Part shown: piece by piece, positions 1-19,100 of the stretch
Numbering within the stretch: the stretch's first letter is position 1
Layout: every line of letters starts with the position of its first letter
DNA from: Callorhinchus milii
Lineage: Eukaryota
Length of the DNA stretch: 54,225 bases
NCBI RefSeq assembly: GCF_018977255.1
Contig: NW_024704746.1
Coordinates: forward strand, 69,015,776-69,070,000
Direction: 5' to 3'
Made by a program: the position numbers and the translations under genes
Notes under the pieces: model-generated
What the model saw: only the letters and a program-made list of their open reading frames with translations
Told to the model about the DNA's origin: nothing
Databases searched by the model: none

Positions 1-110
1 ACATTGACACAGAGCCACTCGGATACACACACACACAGACCTGGTGGGGGTGGGGGTGGGGGTCTCGGGCACTGATGTCACTGACGGCTGCTCTCTGCTT
101 CCTCACTCAG

Positions 111-3100
111 GGCAGCGTTGCTGACCGGCCGTTATCCCAGCCGTTCTGGCGTTTACCCCGGGGTTTTTTACCCGGACTCGCGAGGGGGGCTGCCGCTGAA
201 CGAGACCACCATCGCGGAGCTGCTGCGGACACGAGGCTACGCCACGGCCATGGTGGGCAAGTGGCACCTGGGCTACGGGCTGAACGGCAGCTTCCTGCCC
301 CTGAACCAGGGTTTCCAGCAGTGGCTCGGGGTCCCTTACTCCCATGACCAGGGTCCCTGTCAGAACCTGACCTGCTTCCCCCCCGACACCCGCTGCTTTG
401 GGCTGTGTGACCAGGGAGTGGTGCCGCTGCCAGTCTTCCAGGACTGGGACATCGTGGAGCAGCCGGTGACATTCCCCACCCTCACCGCCCGCTACAATCG
501 CTTCTCCACTGACTTCATCCACCGCTCGGCCTCTGCACGACAACCCTTCTTCCTCTACTACGCCTCACACGTAAGCCCACCCGACAATAATAATAATAAT
601 AATAATAATAATCCTGGCGTTTGGTACCGCGCCTTGTCTCGTCTTCCAGGCGCCTCTCAGAGCTTCACAGAATGGACTGAACTGTATATTTTGTCCACAA
701 ACAGTTGTGCAGTGAGTGACCACATTATTATTATTTTGGGGGGAGGGATTATTACCCCATTTTTAAATATTTACTTAAATATTAGGATTCATATTTTGGA
801 ATGGAATGCAAAGGAGAATTCTCGTCTGTAGCATAATCTTTATTTAGGTATTACCATCACTCAAGGTGACCAAATTATTATTATTTTGTTATTTATTTTT
901 GAAGGAATTATTATCCTCAGAACATAGCAACAGGAGGAGGCCATTCAGGACCTCCAGCCTGTTCCGCCATTCAATAAGATCATGGCTGATCTGTACCTCA
1001 ACTCCAATTACCCGCCATTGCACCGTATCCCCTGATCCCCCGACCCAACAAACATCCGTCCACCTCAGTCTGGACAGTGTGACTGGATACATTTTTGGGG
1101 GAGAGAGAGAGAGTCCCAGATTTCCACTAACCTTTGGGTGAAAAACTGGCCCTGATTTCACTCCAGTTAGTAACTTAGACGTTATACGGGAACACATGCA
1201 CACCGGCTTTTATACTGCAAACACCCACCCACACACCCACACACACAACCACTCACCCACACACACACACACACACAACCACTCACCCACACACCCACAC
1301 ACACAACCACTCACCCACACACACACAACCACTCACCCACACACCCACACACACAACCACTCACCCACACACACACACACAACCACTCACCCACACACCC
1401 ACCCACACACACACCCACGCACACCCACGCACACAAAGCCACCAATCCACACACACGCCCACCCACCCACATACACATACACACAGCATGACCCTCTGCT
1501 CATGTTTGGATAGTTTCTCAGTGGCTAAAAGTGCAGCCCCTAATGGTGGAGCTGAGGGGACGAGGGACAAGCAGTGGCTGATCATAGCCCCGCTCTGTGC
1601 CGGTGTCTGTTACCCACCCTGGGCAGCGGCTGTGATAGTGTCTGATTGAGTAACCTGGTCTCCGCAGCACACTCACTACCCGCAGTTCGCCAGTGCCCAC
1701 TTCACGGGGAAGTCTGGACGCGGGGCCTTTGGTGACGCTCTGATGGAGTTTGATGGTTCGGTCGGGCTGATCGTGAAATCGCTGCGAGACGCTGGGGTGG
1801 AGAATAACACCTTCATCTTCTTCACCAGCGATAACGGGTAAGTCTGACACGGTCTCTCTCACTAACCCAGCGAGAGAGAGAGTCACTGTGTCTCTAACCC
1901 TGACCTGGGAGTGTGGAGGGACAGTGTGGGAGTCTGACTATGTTACTGTGTGTTCAGGCCGGAACTGATGCGGATGTCTCGGGGCGGGACTGCTGGATTG
2001 CTGAAGTGTGGGAAAGCCACGACGTACGAAGGAGGAATGAGGGAGCCAGGAATCGCCTATTGGCCTGGGAAAATCCCCCCAGGTCAGAGTCCTCACCATC
2101 ACCGGTGGGAGGGGAGTGGGATGTCGGTTCAAGTCCATCTCTCGCTCTCTCTCTCTCGGTGTTTATCAGTTTGTGTGTCTCAGTGTGTGAGGCTGTGTGT
2201 CTCAGTGTGAGAAGTTGTGTTGGCAGGTGTAAGCCACGAGCTGATGAGTACCCTGGACCTGCTGCCCACCATCGCCAAGATCACGGGGGCTGAGCTGCCC
2301 CGGGTCCCACTGGACGGATACGACATGAGCAACATGCTCTTCAACAGTGGCCAGGTATGTTCCCGGGATTAGAGAGCTCCAGTGGGGGAGCGAGCCCCAG
2401 CACAGACACCATGGGGGGGGGGGGGGGAGAGAGAGAGAGAGAGAGCAGGGAATGGGGTTAGAGTAGAGAGCTCCAGTGGGGAGCGAGCCCCAGCACAGAC
2501 ACGATGGGGAGAGAGAGAGAGAGAGCAGGGAATGGGGTTAGTTTAGAGAGCTCCAGTGGGGGAGCGAACCCCAGCACTGACACGATGGGGAGAGAGAGAG
2601 AGAGAGCAGGGAATGGGGTTAGTTTAGAGAGCTCCAGTGGGGGAGCGAGCCCCAGCATAGACACGATGGGGAGAGAGAGAGCCGGGAATGGGGTTAGAGT
2701 AGAGAGCTCCAGTGGGGGAGCGAACCCCAGCACAGACACCATGGGGAGAGAGCAGGGAATGGGATTAGAGTAGAGAGCTCCAGTGGGGAAGCGAGCCCCA
2801 CAGTTAGAGTAGAGAGCTGCAGTCTCCACAGTGTGATAAGGTGCTATATCACAGGTTGGATTGTTAGTATTGTTATTATTCCAATGTGGTTTCAGGGACG
2901 ACGCCGCAGTGTAATTTATTACCCGATCTCCGCCAAACGTGGGTTGTTTGCCATTCGCCTTGGGCACTACAAGGCCCATTACTACACACAAGGTAAACAC
3001 CGGGACTCGTAGGCTTACAGCACGCTGCGGGGAGGGGCTAAGGGGGTGGCGGCAGGGCTGTGTGTGTGTGAGGGGGTACTGCATGTGTGGGGGGGCTGTG

Positions 3101-3782
3101 TGTGTGGTGGGGGGCTATGAGGGAGCAGGGCTGTGAGAGGGGTGGGGCTGTGAGTTGTGCTCTGCATGGGGGAGGCTGCATAAAGTAGAGAGCTCCAGTG
3201 GGGGAGCGAGCCCCAGCACAGACACGATGGGGAGAGAGAGAGAGAGAGCGGGGAATGGGGTTAGAGTAGAGAGCTCCAGTGGGGAGCGAGCCCCAGCACA
3301 GACACGATGGGGAGAGAGAGAGAGCGGGGAATGGGGTTAGAGTAGAGAGCTCCAGTGGGGAGCGAGCCCCAGCACAGACACGATGGGGAGAGAGAGAGAG
3401 AGAGAGAGAGAGCGGGGAATGGGGTTAGAGTAGAGAGCTCCAGTGGGGGAGCGAGCCCCAGTGAATGGCCTATGTCTCTCCAGGTTCCATCAAGAGTGGG
3501 ACGACCCCGGACCATGACTGTCACTTCACGGCTCCACTAATCAAACACGATCCTCCCCTGGTGTTTGACCTGGAGACAGATCCCTCTGAGAATTACCCCC
3601 TGACCAGCGCGGGTTTCCCCGGCCTCGCTGATCTGCTCCGGGACTTCGCTGCGGAGAAGGCCAGCTTCGAGGCAGGGATGCAGTTTGGGGAGAGCCAGAT
3701 TGAGTTGGGCGGGGACCCCAAACTCCAGCCCTGTGCTGTCCCCGGCTGCACCCCTCACCCGAGCTGCTGTGTGAAACGTTAG
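111..3782 (+). CDS. ARSA: Arylsulfatase A (5'-partial; first exon lies upstream of the window)
   Basis: GT-AG exons 111-570, 1668-1837, 1958-2082, 2227-2354, 2896-2992, 3484-3782 (TAG), all phase-compatible. Sulfatase motifs [79 protein letters not shown]. Syntenic with MAPK8IP2 and CHKB. Confidence 0.96.
2368..3462 (+). repeat. Dispersed ~70-75-bp GA-rich minisatellite (AGAGCTCCAGTGGGGGAGCGAGCCCCAGCACAGACAC…), arrays at 2368-2820 and 3185-3462
   Basis: Visible tandem units. The same family occurs at 42757-42965 (reverse) and 52370-52535. Confidence 0.9.
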
Positions 3783-4309
3783 CCTGTGAAGGGGGGCCTC
3801 GTCACACACACTAATCAATAACTGTAATTAACACTGCGGGAGAGAGAGCTTGTGGTGGGGGGTCATCCCAATGCTTAAGACAACACAAACCAAACTGAGA
3901 ATCCAGGCATCCCACCTGCACATGGAATCCCAGAGATGGATTGTTGCAATGGAATGCGCACACTCTCGCGTAGAAACATAGGAACAGGAGGAGGCCATTC
4001 AGCCCTTTGAGTCTGTTCCGCCTTTCTATAAGATCATGGCTGATCTGTATCTCAAGTCCAATTACCCACCTTGGAGGGAGGGGGGTGGGGGTCACTGAGG
4101 GAGTCTGGCTCCTGGGTGTTGGTTGATGATGATGCGGGTTTGACCCTGATGGTGATCGGGGACTGGGGTTGAGTGAGGAGGGGAGGTTGAGGGCTGGGAG
4201 TGGTCCATGGTCTGATCGGAGGGTTTAAGCAGCTGTGTGACCCACACCGTCTGTCTGGGAGCAGAGACCAGCGGCCAACTCAACCAGGTCCAAACCCCAT
4301 TAGGTTTGT

Positions 4310-4602
4310 TCTGTCTGCCTTCCTGCCTGTCTATCTGTCTGCCTATCTGTCTGTCTATCTGTCTGCCTATCTGTCTGTCTATCTGTCTGCCTATCTGTCT
4401 GCCTATCTGTCTGCCTACCTGTCTGCCTACCTGTCTGTCTATCTGTCTGCCTACCTGTCTGTCTATCTGTCTGCCTATCTGTCTGTCTATCTGTCTGCCT
4501 ACTTGTCTGTCTATCTGTCTGCCTACTTGTCTGTCTATCTGTCTGCCTACTTGTCTGTCTATCTGTCTGCCTACTTGTCTGTCTATCTGTCTGCCTACCT
4601 GC
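4310..4602. repeat. Compound (TCTG/CTAT/CCTA) microsatellite
   Basis: Direct inspection. Confidence 0.9.
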
Positions 4603-5118
4603 CTATCTCCCACCTTGGAAAATGCTCTCTCTCTCTCTCTCTCTGTCCCTGGAGGGACATTTCCTGTTTACCTAATTCCGGAGAGTATGAGGCGCAGGTT
4701 GGCGAGAGCCAAGGCTGGAGGGGGGGCCCAGGGTGTGTGTTGGGGTAACTGCTGGAGTCTAAGCAGCTAAACCCACACAGGTTGGCCATCGATATCACTG
4801 TCTGGCAGCTTTCCCACCGCTTGTCCAGCTGGGACCCCCCTCCCCGTCAGGGCTTTGGCTGTGGGGTTACCAGGAGCTGAGGGGGAATGTGTCTTCTGAG
4901 ACACTGACGATTGCTTTGAGGGAATGTCAGTATTTGAAGAGATTTCCCTAATTCAAATCTCGTAATCAATGAACGACCTGACAATCCCAATTGAGTTAAC
5001 TCTCTCTGAGCAGCTTGTGCTGGTCAGCGTGAAGCAGTGAGTGTCTGTTTGTTTATGGAAAGAAGTAACGTGGTATGTTCTAACAGGAAGATTAACGTGA
5101 ATTATTTTATAAATTTTC

Positions 5119-5124
5119 AATAAA
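5119..5124 (+). terminator. Candidate ARSA polyadenylation signal AATAAA
   Basis: AATAAA ~1.3 kb after the ARSA stop in an AT-rich stretch, followed by a GT-rich tract (gtggtttgttgg). Confidence 0.45.
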
Positions 5125-5645
5125 CTAATACAGCAACAGTGGTTTGTTGGAGGTTGAGTGAGTCACTCATGTCTCTGCCTGTCTTTATGTCTCTGTCTCT
5201 GTCTCTTTCTCTTTCTATGTCTAGTGCTGTATGTTTGTGTCTCTCTGTCTCACCCACCCGCCCCACCATTGGCGGGAGAGCCTTCAGCCACTCTGCCCCC
5301 AACCTCTGGAATTCCATCCCTCAATCACTCCGCCTCACCCCCTCCTCAGCCTGCTTCAAGTCCAGCCTCAAGGCTCTCCTCTTCAACCATACCATCGGCC
5401 ACCCCTTTCCCCCCACCCCCCACCCCAGCTCGGGTCTGAAATGCTGTCACTGTCCAGCGCCTTGGGACGTCCTCCTGACGTGAAAGGCGCTATACTCATG
5501 TAATCTGGTTGTTGTGCATGTTTCTCACTGTGTAAACTCTGTCTCGTTCTGTGTGTATGTCTCTGTTTCTCTCTGTGTGTTTATCTTTATCTGTGTGTGT
5601 GTGTGTGTCTGTCTCTTTCTACATATGTTTGTGTCTCTCTCCCTG

Positions 5646-5777
5646 NNNNNNNNNNNNNNNNNNNNNNNNNNNNNNNNNNNNNNNNNNNNNNNNNNNNNNN
5701 NNNNNNNNNNNNNNNNNNNNNNNNNNNNNNNNNNNNNNNNNNNNNNNNNNNNNNNNNNNNNNNNNNNNNNNNNNNNN
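5646..5777. other. Assembly gap (N run)
   Basis: Run of n. Confidence 0.99.
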
Positions 5778-5955
5778 CTGTGTGTGTCTGTCTGACCTTC
5801 TGTCCCTCCCATCCTCTCAAACAAAACAGCAGAGAGCGGCTTAATCCTGGACAGTGAGAGACTTGGTACAGACTGTCCTGGGACAGTGACATGGAGTAAT
5901 GACCAGAGAGAAAACGTCAGATATTAATAGCCAGACGCTGTCTGTGAGTTTAATA

Positions 5956-5961
5956 TTTATT
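5956..5961 (-). terminator. Candidate polyadenylation signal of the acrosin-like gene
   Basis: Cluster of TTTATT (AATAAA on the minus strand) at ~5956-5980, 150-170 nt past the stop codon. Confidence 0.5.
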
Positions 5962-6125
5962 ATTTTATTTCTTTTATTTAATCTCTTTGTGAATTGTGTG
6001 GGTGAAGGTGGGGGGAGTGGGGAGCGGAGTGGACTGTGGTCACAGCCCCGGGGGGGCGTGGTGAGCTGGGAGGAGATGTGGGGTGAGGTGCAGGGGGTTA
6101 AGGAGCGGTGGTGGGGGAGGGGGGG

Positions 6126-11316
<5,191 letters not shown>

Positions 11317-12023
11317 GTTGTAAGTCACTGACTGACACTCAGCACTGCCCTCGCTGTCTTTGCTGGGCGCCCACTCTCACTGCACTGCTCCTCATGGGCA
11401 TCACTCATTGGCTCCTGGCCTTGCTGGAGGGCTTCCTCCCCCCACATTGTTACATGGTTCCACATCACAGCCGCCATTGTTACACCAGCAACATTGTGGA
11501 GTCACATCTACCCCAGGGTCACAGTTGGGGTCAGGGCTGGCTCAAGCGGGGAGATTGTTGGCCAGTTGTTACGGTCAGGAATGAAACGTGGTGGAAGCAG
11601 ATTCGATGGTGACTGTCATAAAGGGAATTGGATATGTTCTTAAAAAGGAAGCATTTGCAGGGCTGTGGGGTAAGAGCGGGGAAGTGGGACTTGTTGGTGG
11701 CTCTTTCAAAAAGCCACAGGTACGATGGGCTGAATGGCCTCCTTCTGTGCTGTAAGGTTTATGATTCTAGGACACCTGGAGAGAAACTCCAAGCTCTCGT
11801 CCCAACAGCGCAGCGGGACCTCAGGTTAATGTCTCGGCAGAAGGACGGTGTCTGTGACAATGGGTTGGCAGTGAGTTGTGGTTTGACACCAGAAGCCCAT
11901 CTGAGCTCATCTTCCGTACCCCTCCCCCCCCTCCCACTCCCCCTCCCCCCCTCCCCCTCCCCCCGGCCTCTCTCTCTCTCTCTCTCTCTAATGTAGTCAC
12001 CAGTGTCTGGACTTTGATCAGTT

Positions 12024-12029
12024 TTTATT
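12024..12029 (-). terminator. Candidate MAPK8IP2 polyadenylation signal
   Basis: TTTATT (AATAAA on minus) in an AT-rich patch ~1.17 kb past the stop codon. Confidence 0.5.
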
Positions 12030-12214
12030 TAAATAAAAAACAGCAAAATAAAACTGTAAACATGTGAGTAATATAACAGCGGCAAAGGAGGGGCTTAGAG
12101 TGTGGGGGCGGGGCTTGGAGTGTGGGGGAGGGGCATATACAGGGCTGGGAACAAAGCAGAGGGAGGGGTGTATATAGGGGGCGGGGCCATGAGAGGGAGG
12201 GGCTCAATATACAG

Positions 12215-12748
12215 ATGGAACTACACAGGAGGAGGGGCTCTCACAGGGAGGGGCTCACATGGGGGAGGGGCTCACAGGGGAGGGGGTCTCACAGGGAGGG
12301 GCTCACATGGGGAGGGGCTCTCACAGGGGAGGGGCTCGCATGGGGGAGTGGGGCTCACAGAGGAGGGGCTCTCACAGGGAGGGACTCACATGGGGGGAGG
12401 GACTCACACGGAGGAGTGGCTCTCACAGGGAGGGACTCGCATGGGGGAAGGGGCTCTCACAGGGAGGGACTCGCATGGGGAGGGGCTCTCACAGTGAGGG
12501 GCACTCACAGGGAGGGATTTGCATGGGAGAGGGGCTCTCAAGGGGGAAAGTGAAGTTTGAGCTGTGTTGGCTGGGCTCTGGGGTGGGGCACTGGGTGGAC
12601 TGGGCTCTGGGGTGGGGCACTGGGTGGACTTGGCTCTGGGGTGGGGGGGGCACTGGATGGACTGGGTTCTGGGGTGGGCTCTGGTGGATTGGGCTCTGGG
12701 GTTGGGGGGGCACTGGGTAGACTGGGCTCTGGGGTGGACTGGGCTCTG
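12215..12748 (+). repeat. Two G-rich degenerate minisatellites in the MAPK8IP2 3' UTR
   Basis: GGGGCTCTCACAGGGA-type units, then GGGCTCTGGGGTGGGGCACTGGGTGGACT-type units. Confidence 0.8.
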
Positions 12749-13191
12749 CTGAAGGCAGGGCAGGCTCCCCCACTCAGAGGAAAAGGCCATGGATCAATGA
12801 GGTCCTCCCTCCACCCCCCCACCCGCTACAACAAGCACTGTGGGTTGTGGAGGGGAGCAGGAAGGGAGGGAGCGGGGGAGGGCAGCAGCTATTACAATGG
12901 ATGTGCAGTCAGCCTGGTCTGATCCCATTCCCCCTCAGGCAGCCGGGGGTGAAGGCAGCGGGGGAGAAAGAGCGGGGAGAGAGTGGGAGCAGGGAGAGGG
13001 GGAGGGGATGGAGTGCTGGCTGGGTTCTGGCTCCATTTGCTGGGAGCCTCAGATACCAGGGCTGGTTTTTACACAGAAATAAGGCCCAGGTCAAAGCATT
13101 GATGGGAGGCGAGGGGAGTGGAGGTGGGGGGAAGGCAAGGAGAGGGGAGGTGAAGGGAGGGCAGGGTGGCGAGGGAGCAGAGGCTGGAGAT

Positions 13192-16100
13192 TTACTCCAG
13201 GTAGATGTCCTCTGTGGGGCAGGCATATTCCAGGTGTTCCTGATAATATTCCTGGAAAGCTTGTCTGAAAGAGAGAAAAACACCATCACTCACCCCATCC
13301 ACATCCAGCTCCGTCCACACTGTGCGCCCACACTCCCAGGTCAGGGTTAGAGACACAGTAACGCTCCTCTACACTGTGTGTCCACACTCCCAGGTCAGGG
13401 TTACAGACACAGTCCCTCTACACTGTGTGTCCACACTCCCAGGTCAGGGTTAGAGACACAGTAACGCTCCTCTACACTGTGTGTCCACACTCCCAGGTCA
13501 GGGTTAGAGACACAGTAACGCTCTACACTGTGTGTCCACACTCCCAGGTCAGGGTTAGAGACACAGTAAAGCCCTCTACACTGTGTGTCCACACTCCCAG
13601 GTCAGGGTTAGAGACAGTAAAGCTCCTCTACACTGTGTGTCCACACTCCCAGGTCAGGGTTAGAGACACAGTAAAGCTCCTCTACACTGTGTGTCCACAC
13701 TCCCAGGTCAGGGTTACAGACACAGTAACGCTCCCTCTACACTGTGCGCCCACACTCCCAGGTCAGGGTTAGAGACAGTAAAGCTCCTCTACACTGTGCG
13801 TCCACACTCCCAGGTCAGGGTTAGAGACAGTAAAGCTCCCAGTACGGGTAGAGACAAAGTAAAGCTGCCTGGCTCCAGAGTGACATACTTGGCAGTAAAG
13901 TCAGAATCTTTTCGCCCACAAAATACAGTCACTAAACTTTACAGTGTATCCTGTGAAGCGCTTTGGGACGTCTCGAATATGTGATAAGGCGCTACATCAA
14001 ATGCAAGGATTATTATTATGTTGCTCTGAGAGCCGGTGCTGTCAGTGGCTCTAATTCTCTCTCCCTGGAGCCTGGAGGCTGCTGCCCACTTACCCGATGC
14101 ATTCAGCCACACGGCGCATGGTCTCCTGGGACACAAAGACGTGGCACGCAAAACGCTGCAGCACTGGGTGCTTTGTGATAAACCCGAAATAGCTGCCGAG
14201 AGAAGAAAGCGTTTCAGCGCGCACGACAACACATGGAGGGGGGAGAAGAACATGTCTCCGAGGGAGAGACAACAAAAACAAATAACATTTACACAGTGCC
14301 TTTCAGGTCGGGAGGACATCCCAAGGAGCTGGACAGTCAGGGATTTGGACTCGAACTGAAGGTCGGGATCAGGCGGGGTGAAGGGCAGGGAGGGTGGGGG
14401 TAGGAGGGTGACCAAGGGCACGGTTGAAGAGGAGGGTCTTGAGATGTGCCTTGAAAGAGGCGAAGGAGGAAGCGAGGCGAAGAGAGCTCAGCGGTTAGAG
14501 GATTTGCATCGCAAGTGAGAGGTCCCGGGTTTGATTCCCGGGCAGGGCCAAACTTTGGGGAAGTTTCCTTACTCCACACCCCTCTGTTTACCAGCAGTTA
14601 GCAGGAACCCGGTTGTTAGTCAATTGGTGGATCCCTTTCCGAAAGTAATAATACGTCCAAAAATATAATAATTTGGTCATTTAATCCATGACTGTTTGTG
14701 GGACGCTGCTGTGTGCAATTGGCTGCCGGGTTTCACCCACAGAATATACACTTTACAGTGTATCCTGTGAAGCGCTTGAGACGTCTTGAAGACTTGATAA
14801 GGTGCTATATCAAGTGCCAGGATTATTATTTTTATTAAGGGAATGTGGGATGGAGTTCCAAAGGGTGGGGGCAGAAAGGCTGAAGGCCCGGCTGCCGATG
14901 TTGGGGTGTGGTGGGCTGGTCGGCACATGGAGCAAGTCGCAGCGGAGGGAGCAGACAGGTCAATGTGGAGTTAGCAGGTCACAGAGGTAGGGAGGAGCAG
15001 GGCTGTGGAGGGCTTTAATGCAAGGACGAGGATTTTGAACTCCATCCTCTGGGGGATGGGGAGCCAGTGGATCCAGCCGAGGGTGGGGGTGATAGAGTCA
15101 TGGAGCCTGGAAGTGGGTGGGTGGTGGAAGAGGAGGGGAGGGTCTCTGGGTCAGCGGTGGGATCTTACCAACTGTTGCGAGGGTGACACCCACAAAACGA
15201 GATGTTTTTCATCTGGAAGAAATGGCTGCAACGTTCACTCTATAACAGAGAGAGAAAGACTGAGAGACACAACAGCAAACTCACCCTCACTGCCAACCCC
15301 CACCCTCACTGCCAACCCTCACCCTCACTGCCAACCCCACCCTCACTGCCAACCCTCACCCTCACTGCCAACCCCCACCCTCACTGCCAACCCCACCCTC
15401 ACTGCCAACCCCCACCCTCACTGCCAACCCCCACCCTCACTGCCAACCCTCACCCTCACTGCCAACCCCCACCCTCACTGCCAACCCCACCCTCACTGCC
15501 AACCCCACCCTCACTGCCAACCCTCACCCTCACTGCCAACCCCCACCCTCACTGCCAACCCCCACCCTCACTGCCAACCCCCACCCTCACTGCCAACCCC
15601 CACCCTCACTGCCAACCCTCACCCTCACTGCCAACCCCCACCCTCACTGCCAACTCACCCTCACTGCCAACTCACCCTCACTGCCAACCCTCACCCTCAC
15701 TGCCAACCCCCACCCTCACTGCCAACCCTCACCCTCACTGCCAACCCCCACCCTCACTGCCAACTCACCCTCACTGCCAACTCACCCTCACTGCCAACCC
15801 TCACCCTCACTGCCAACCCTCACCCTCACTGCCAACCCTCACCCTCACTGCCAACCCCCACCCTCACTGCCAACCCCACCCTCACTGCCAACCCTCACCC
15901 TCACTGCCAACCCCACCCTCACTGCCAACCCCACCCTCACTGCCAACCCCCACCCTCACTGCCAACCCCCACCCTCACTGCCAACCCTCACCCTCACTGC
16001 CAACCCCCACCCTCACTGCCAACTCACCCTCACTGCCAACCCTCACCCTCACTGCCAACCCTCACCCTCACTGCCAACCCTCACCCTCACTGCCAACTCA

Positions 16101-19100
16101 CCCTCACTGCAAACCCTCACCCTCACTGCCAACCCCCACCCTCACTGCCAACCCCCACCCTCACTGCCAACCTTTACCCTCACTGCCAACCCCCACCCTC
16201 ACTGCCAACCCCCACCCTCACTGCCAACCCCACCCTCACTGCCAACCCCCACCCTCACTGCCAACCCCCACCCTCACTGCCAACCCTCACCGCCAACCCC
16301 ACCCTCACTGCCAACCCCCACCCTCACTGCCAACCTTTACCATCACTGCCAACCCCCACCCTCACTGCCAACCCCCACCCTTACTGCCAACCCTCACCCT
16401 CACTGCCAACCCTCACCCTCACTGCCAACCCCCACCCTCACTGCCAACCCTCACCCTCACTGCCAACCCCACCCTCACTGCCAACCCAACCCTCACTGCC
16501 AACCCCACCCTCACTGCCAACCCCACCCTCACTGCTAACCCCCACCCTCACTGCCAACCCTCACAGATACCCTCAATCCCTCACCTCGTCTTCAGGACTG
16601 AACTCGTCCATGTTCAGGTTGAGTTTAACCCCTTGGTTGCTGACCTCCAGCTCACAGCTCGCTGGTGGGTGAACATGAACGGTCAGCTTCCGGGCGCTGG
16701 CAATCTGCAAGAGAGACACTGTCACCGTGAGACACCATCACCACAGGGTGTGTGTGTGTGTGTGTGTCTCTGCTACTTACCTTCTGCATGGCGCTGCAAA
16801 GGATGTTGTTTCCCTGATGAGATGGAACCTCCACAGAGCCCAGAAACTGTACATTAAACCTCTCGACCCATGGGATTGTCCGCTTCAACCCTGTCACAAC
16901 ATTACCAGCGTGAGTCACGCACACACACACACACACACACTCAGGCGTGCGCACACACACTCAGGCACACACACAGCGAGCACCAGCACAGACATGATGG
17001 GGAGAGAGCAGGGAATGGGACAGGACTCACCCAGGGCCTCCTTGGATTGGCTGACCACTTGGTGGGCGTAATATGCAGGAAAGATGCCAGTCTCCCCTGT
17101 CCTCATATTGTAGCCTCGGTACCAGTAATCATCCTCCTCCTCCTCCACATACAGGGGATCATCCACATCCAGCTCCACCTCATCCCCGTGTCTGGGTATA
17201 AACCTGCCACAGCACAGAGAACAGCCATCACCATCACAGACTGGGCCTCTCTCTCTTTCACTCTCTCCCCATCTCTGTCTGCCTTCTCTGTCATCTCTCT
17301 CTCTCTCTCTCCATCCCTCTCACTCTCTGTCTATCCCCCACTCCTATCTCTGTTTGCCTCCTCTCTCATCATTCATCTCTCTCTCTCACCATCCAATTCT
17401 CTCTCTCTCTCTCTCTCTCTCTCCATCCATTCATCTCTCTCTCTGAACTGAGCCCTCCCCTTCCCCTATGACACAGACACCGTGGAACTTACCGGAACAC
17501 CGCGCGGTGTGTTTGTTCCCGCTCCTCCCCGTTTATTGTGCACGAAAAAAGGCCAAATGATTCAGTACCTGTTCCAGGACAAAGAGAATCAGAATCCAAG
17601 CTCACCCCCTCCCTCATCAACACTCCTCCCCCGCACCCCCTCAACCATACCCATCTCAGACCATCCACCCTCCCAGGTCAGGGTCACAGACACAGTAAAG
17701 CTCCTCTACACTGTGCGTCCACACTCCCAGGTCAGGGTTAGAGACACAGTAACGCTCCCTCTACACTGTGCGTCCACACTCCCAGGTCAGGGTTAGAGAC
17801 ACAGTAACGCTCCCTCTACACTGTGCGTCCACACTCCCAGGTCAGGGTTAGAGACACAGTAACGCTCCTCTACACTGTGCGTCCACACTCCCAGGTCAGG
17901 GTTAGAGACACAGTAACGCTCCTCTACACTGTGCGTCCACACTCCCAGGTCAGGGTTAGAGACACAGTAACGCTCCTCTACACTGTGGTCCACACTCCCA
18001 GGTCAGGGTTAGAGACACAGTAAGCTCCTCTAGACTGTGCGTCCACACTCCCAGGTCAGGGTTAGAGACACAGTAACGCTCCTCTACACTGTGCGTCCAC
18101 ACTCCCAGGTCAGGGTTAGAGACACAGTAACGCTCCTCTACACTGTGTGTCCACACTCCCAGGTCAGGGTTAGAGACACAGTAAAGCTCCTCTACACTGT
18201 GCGTCCACACTCCCAGGTCAGGGTTAGAGACACAGTAACGCTCCTCTACACTGTGCGTCCACACTCCCAGGTCAGCGACAGGTTAGAGTTAAATTCACAC
18301 TATACAATCCCTGCAATGAGAAGTTTGGGGTGGTGGGGTGGGGGTTGGTTGATGTGCCAGTTGGTGGTGGGAGGGGGGGGCGGGGGGAGGCGGACTTACT
18401 AGAAGAGCGAGACGTGCTGTTGACGAAGACGTTGAGGAATTTCTTGGAGAACTGAGTGTCAGCTTCAGGAGAAGAATCCTCGGAGGAGTTCTCGACATCC
18501 AGACGACCCTCACAGCTCTCAAACTCGTCCTCGCCCAACACCGCGACCTCCCCGTCCTGGCTGAGGAGGGACATGCATCGCCTTAGGCTGACCAGCTCCA
18601 GTGTGGTGTTCTCATCCACCACCAGAGTGTACTTCACTGAATCGTAGGCCAGAGACTGGTCCAGAGGGTGTCTGGTTGACCACTCGGCCGCTCTCACCTC
18701 TGGGCTTGGCGATACCATGCGGCTTCCGCTGTCCTCACTCTCAACTCCCGGGGACAGGCTCCCAGCCAGCCTGCCTGTCTCTGGCCGGCTTTCCCTCATG
18801 TGCGAGGCTCCCCAGTCTTTGCTCAGTTCCATCAACCGCTCCTCCAGAAGTAGCGCAGCCTCCAGCTCGTTGCCGGAGCCCAAGCCTGTGTCAGGGCCTC
18901 TCTGCCCGCTTGATGTGCCCGGCTCCTGAAGCGGTGGTTCCATCAGCTCTTCGTACCTGAAGCTCAGGGTTGAGGCTGGAGCTGTGGCCTGGTGGTTGAG
19001 GTGGGAACGTGTGCTCAGGATGTCCCTGCCCAGCTCTGCCTCACTTCCCTCCAGGTCAGGGTGGGTGGGAGCGAGCGCTGCCGGGGATGGCTCCTGCCCG

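Noticed and set aside
4092-4770. DRQVGRQI / SAYLSVYL repeat ORFs
   Set aside because: Compound microsatellite downstream of the ARSA stop codon.
15005-16857. 555-aa and 551-aa Pro/His/Thr-rich ORFs
   Set aside because: Translations of a stop-free minisatellite, antisense within MAPK8IP2 intron 9.
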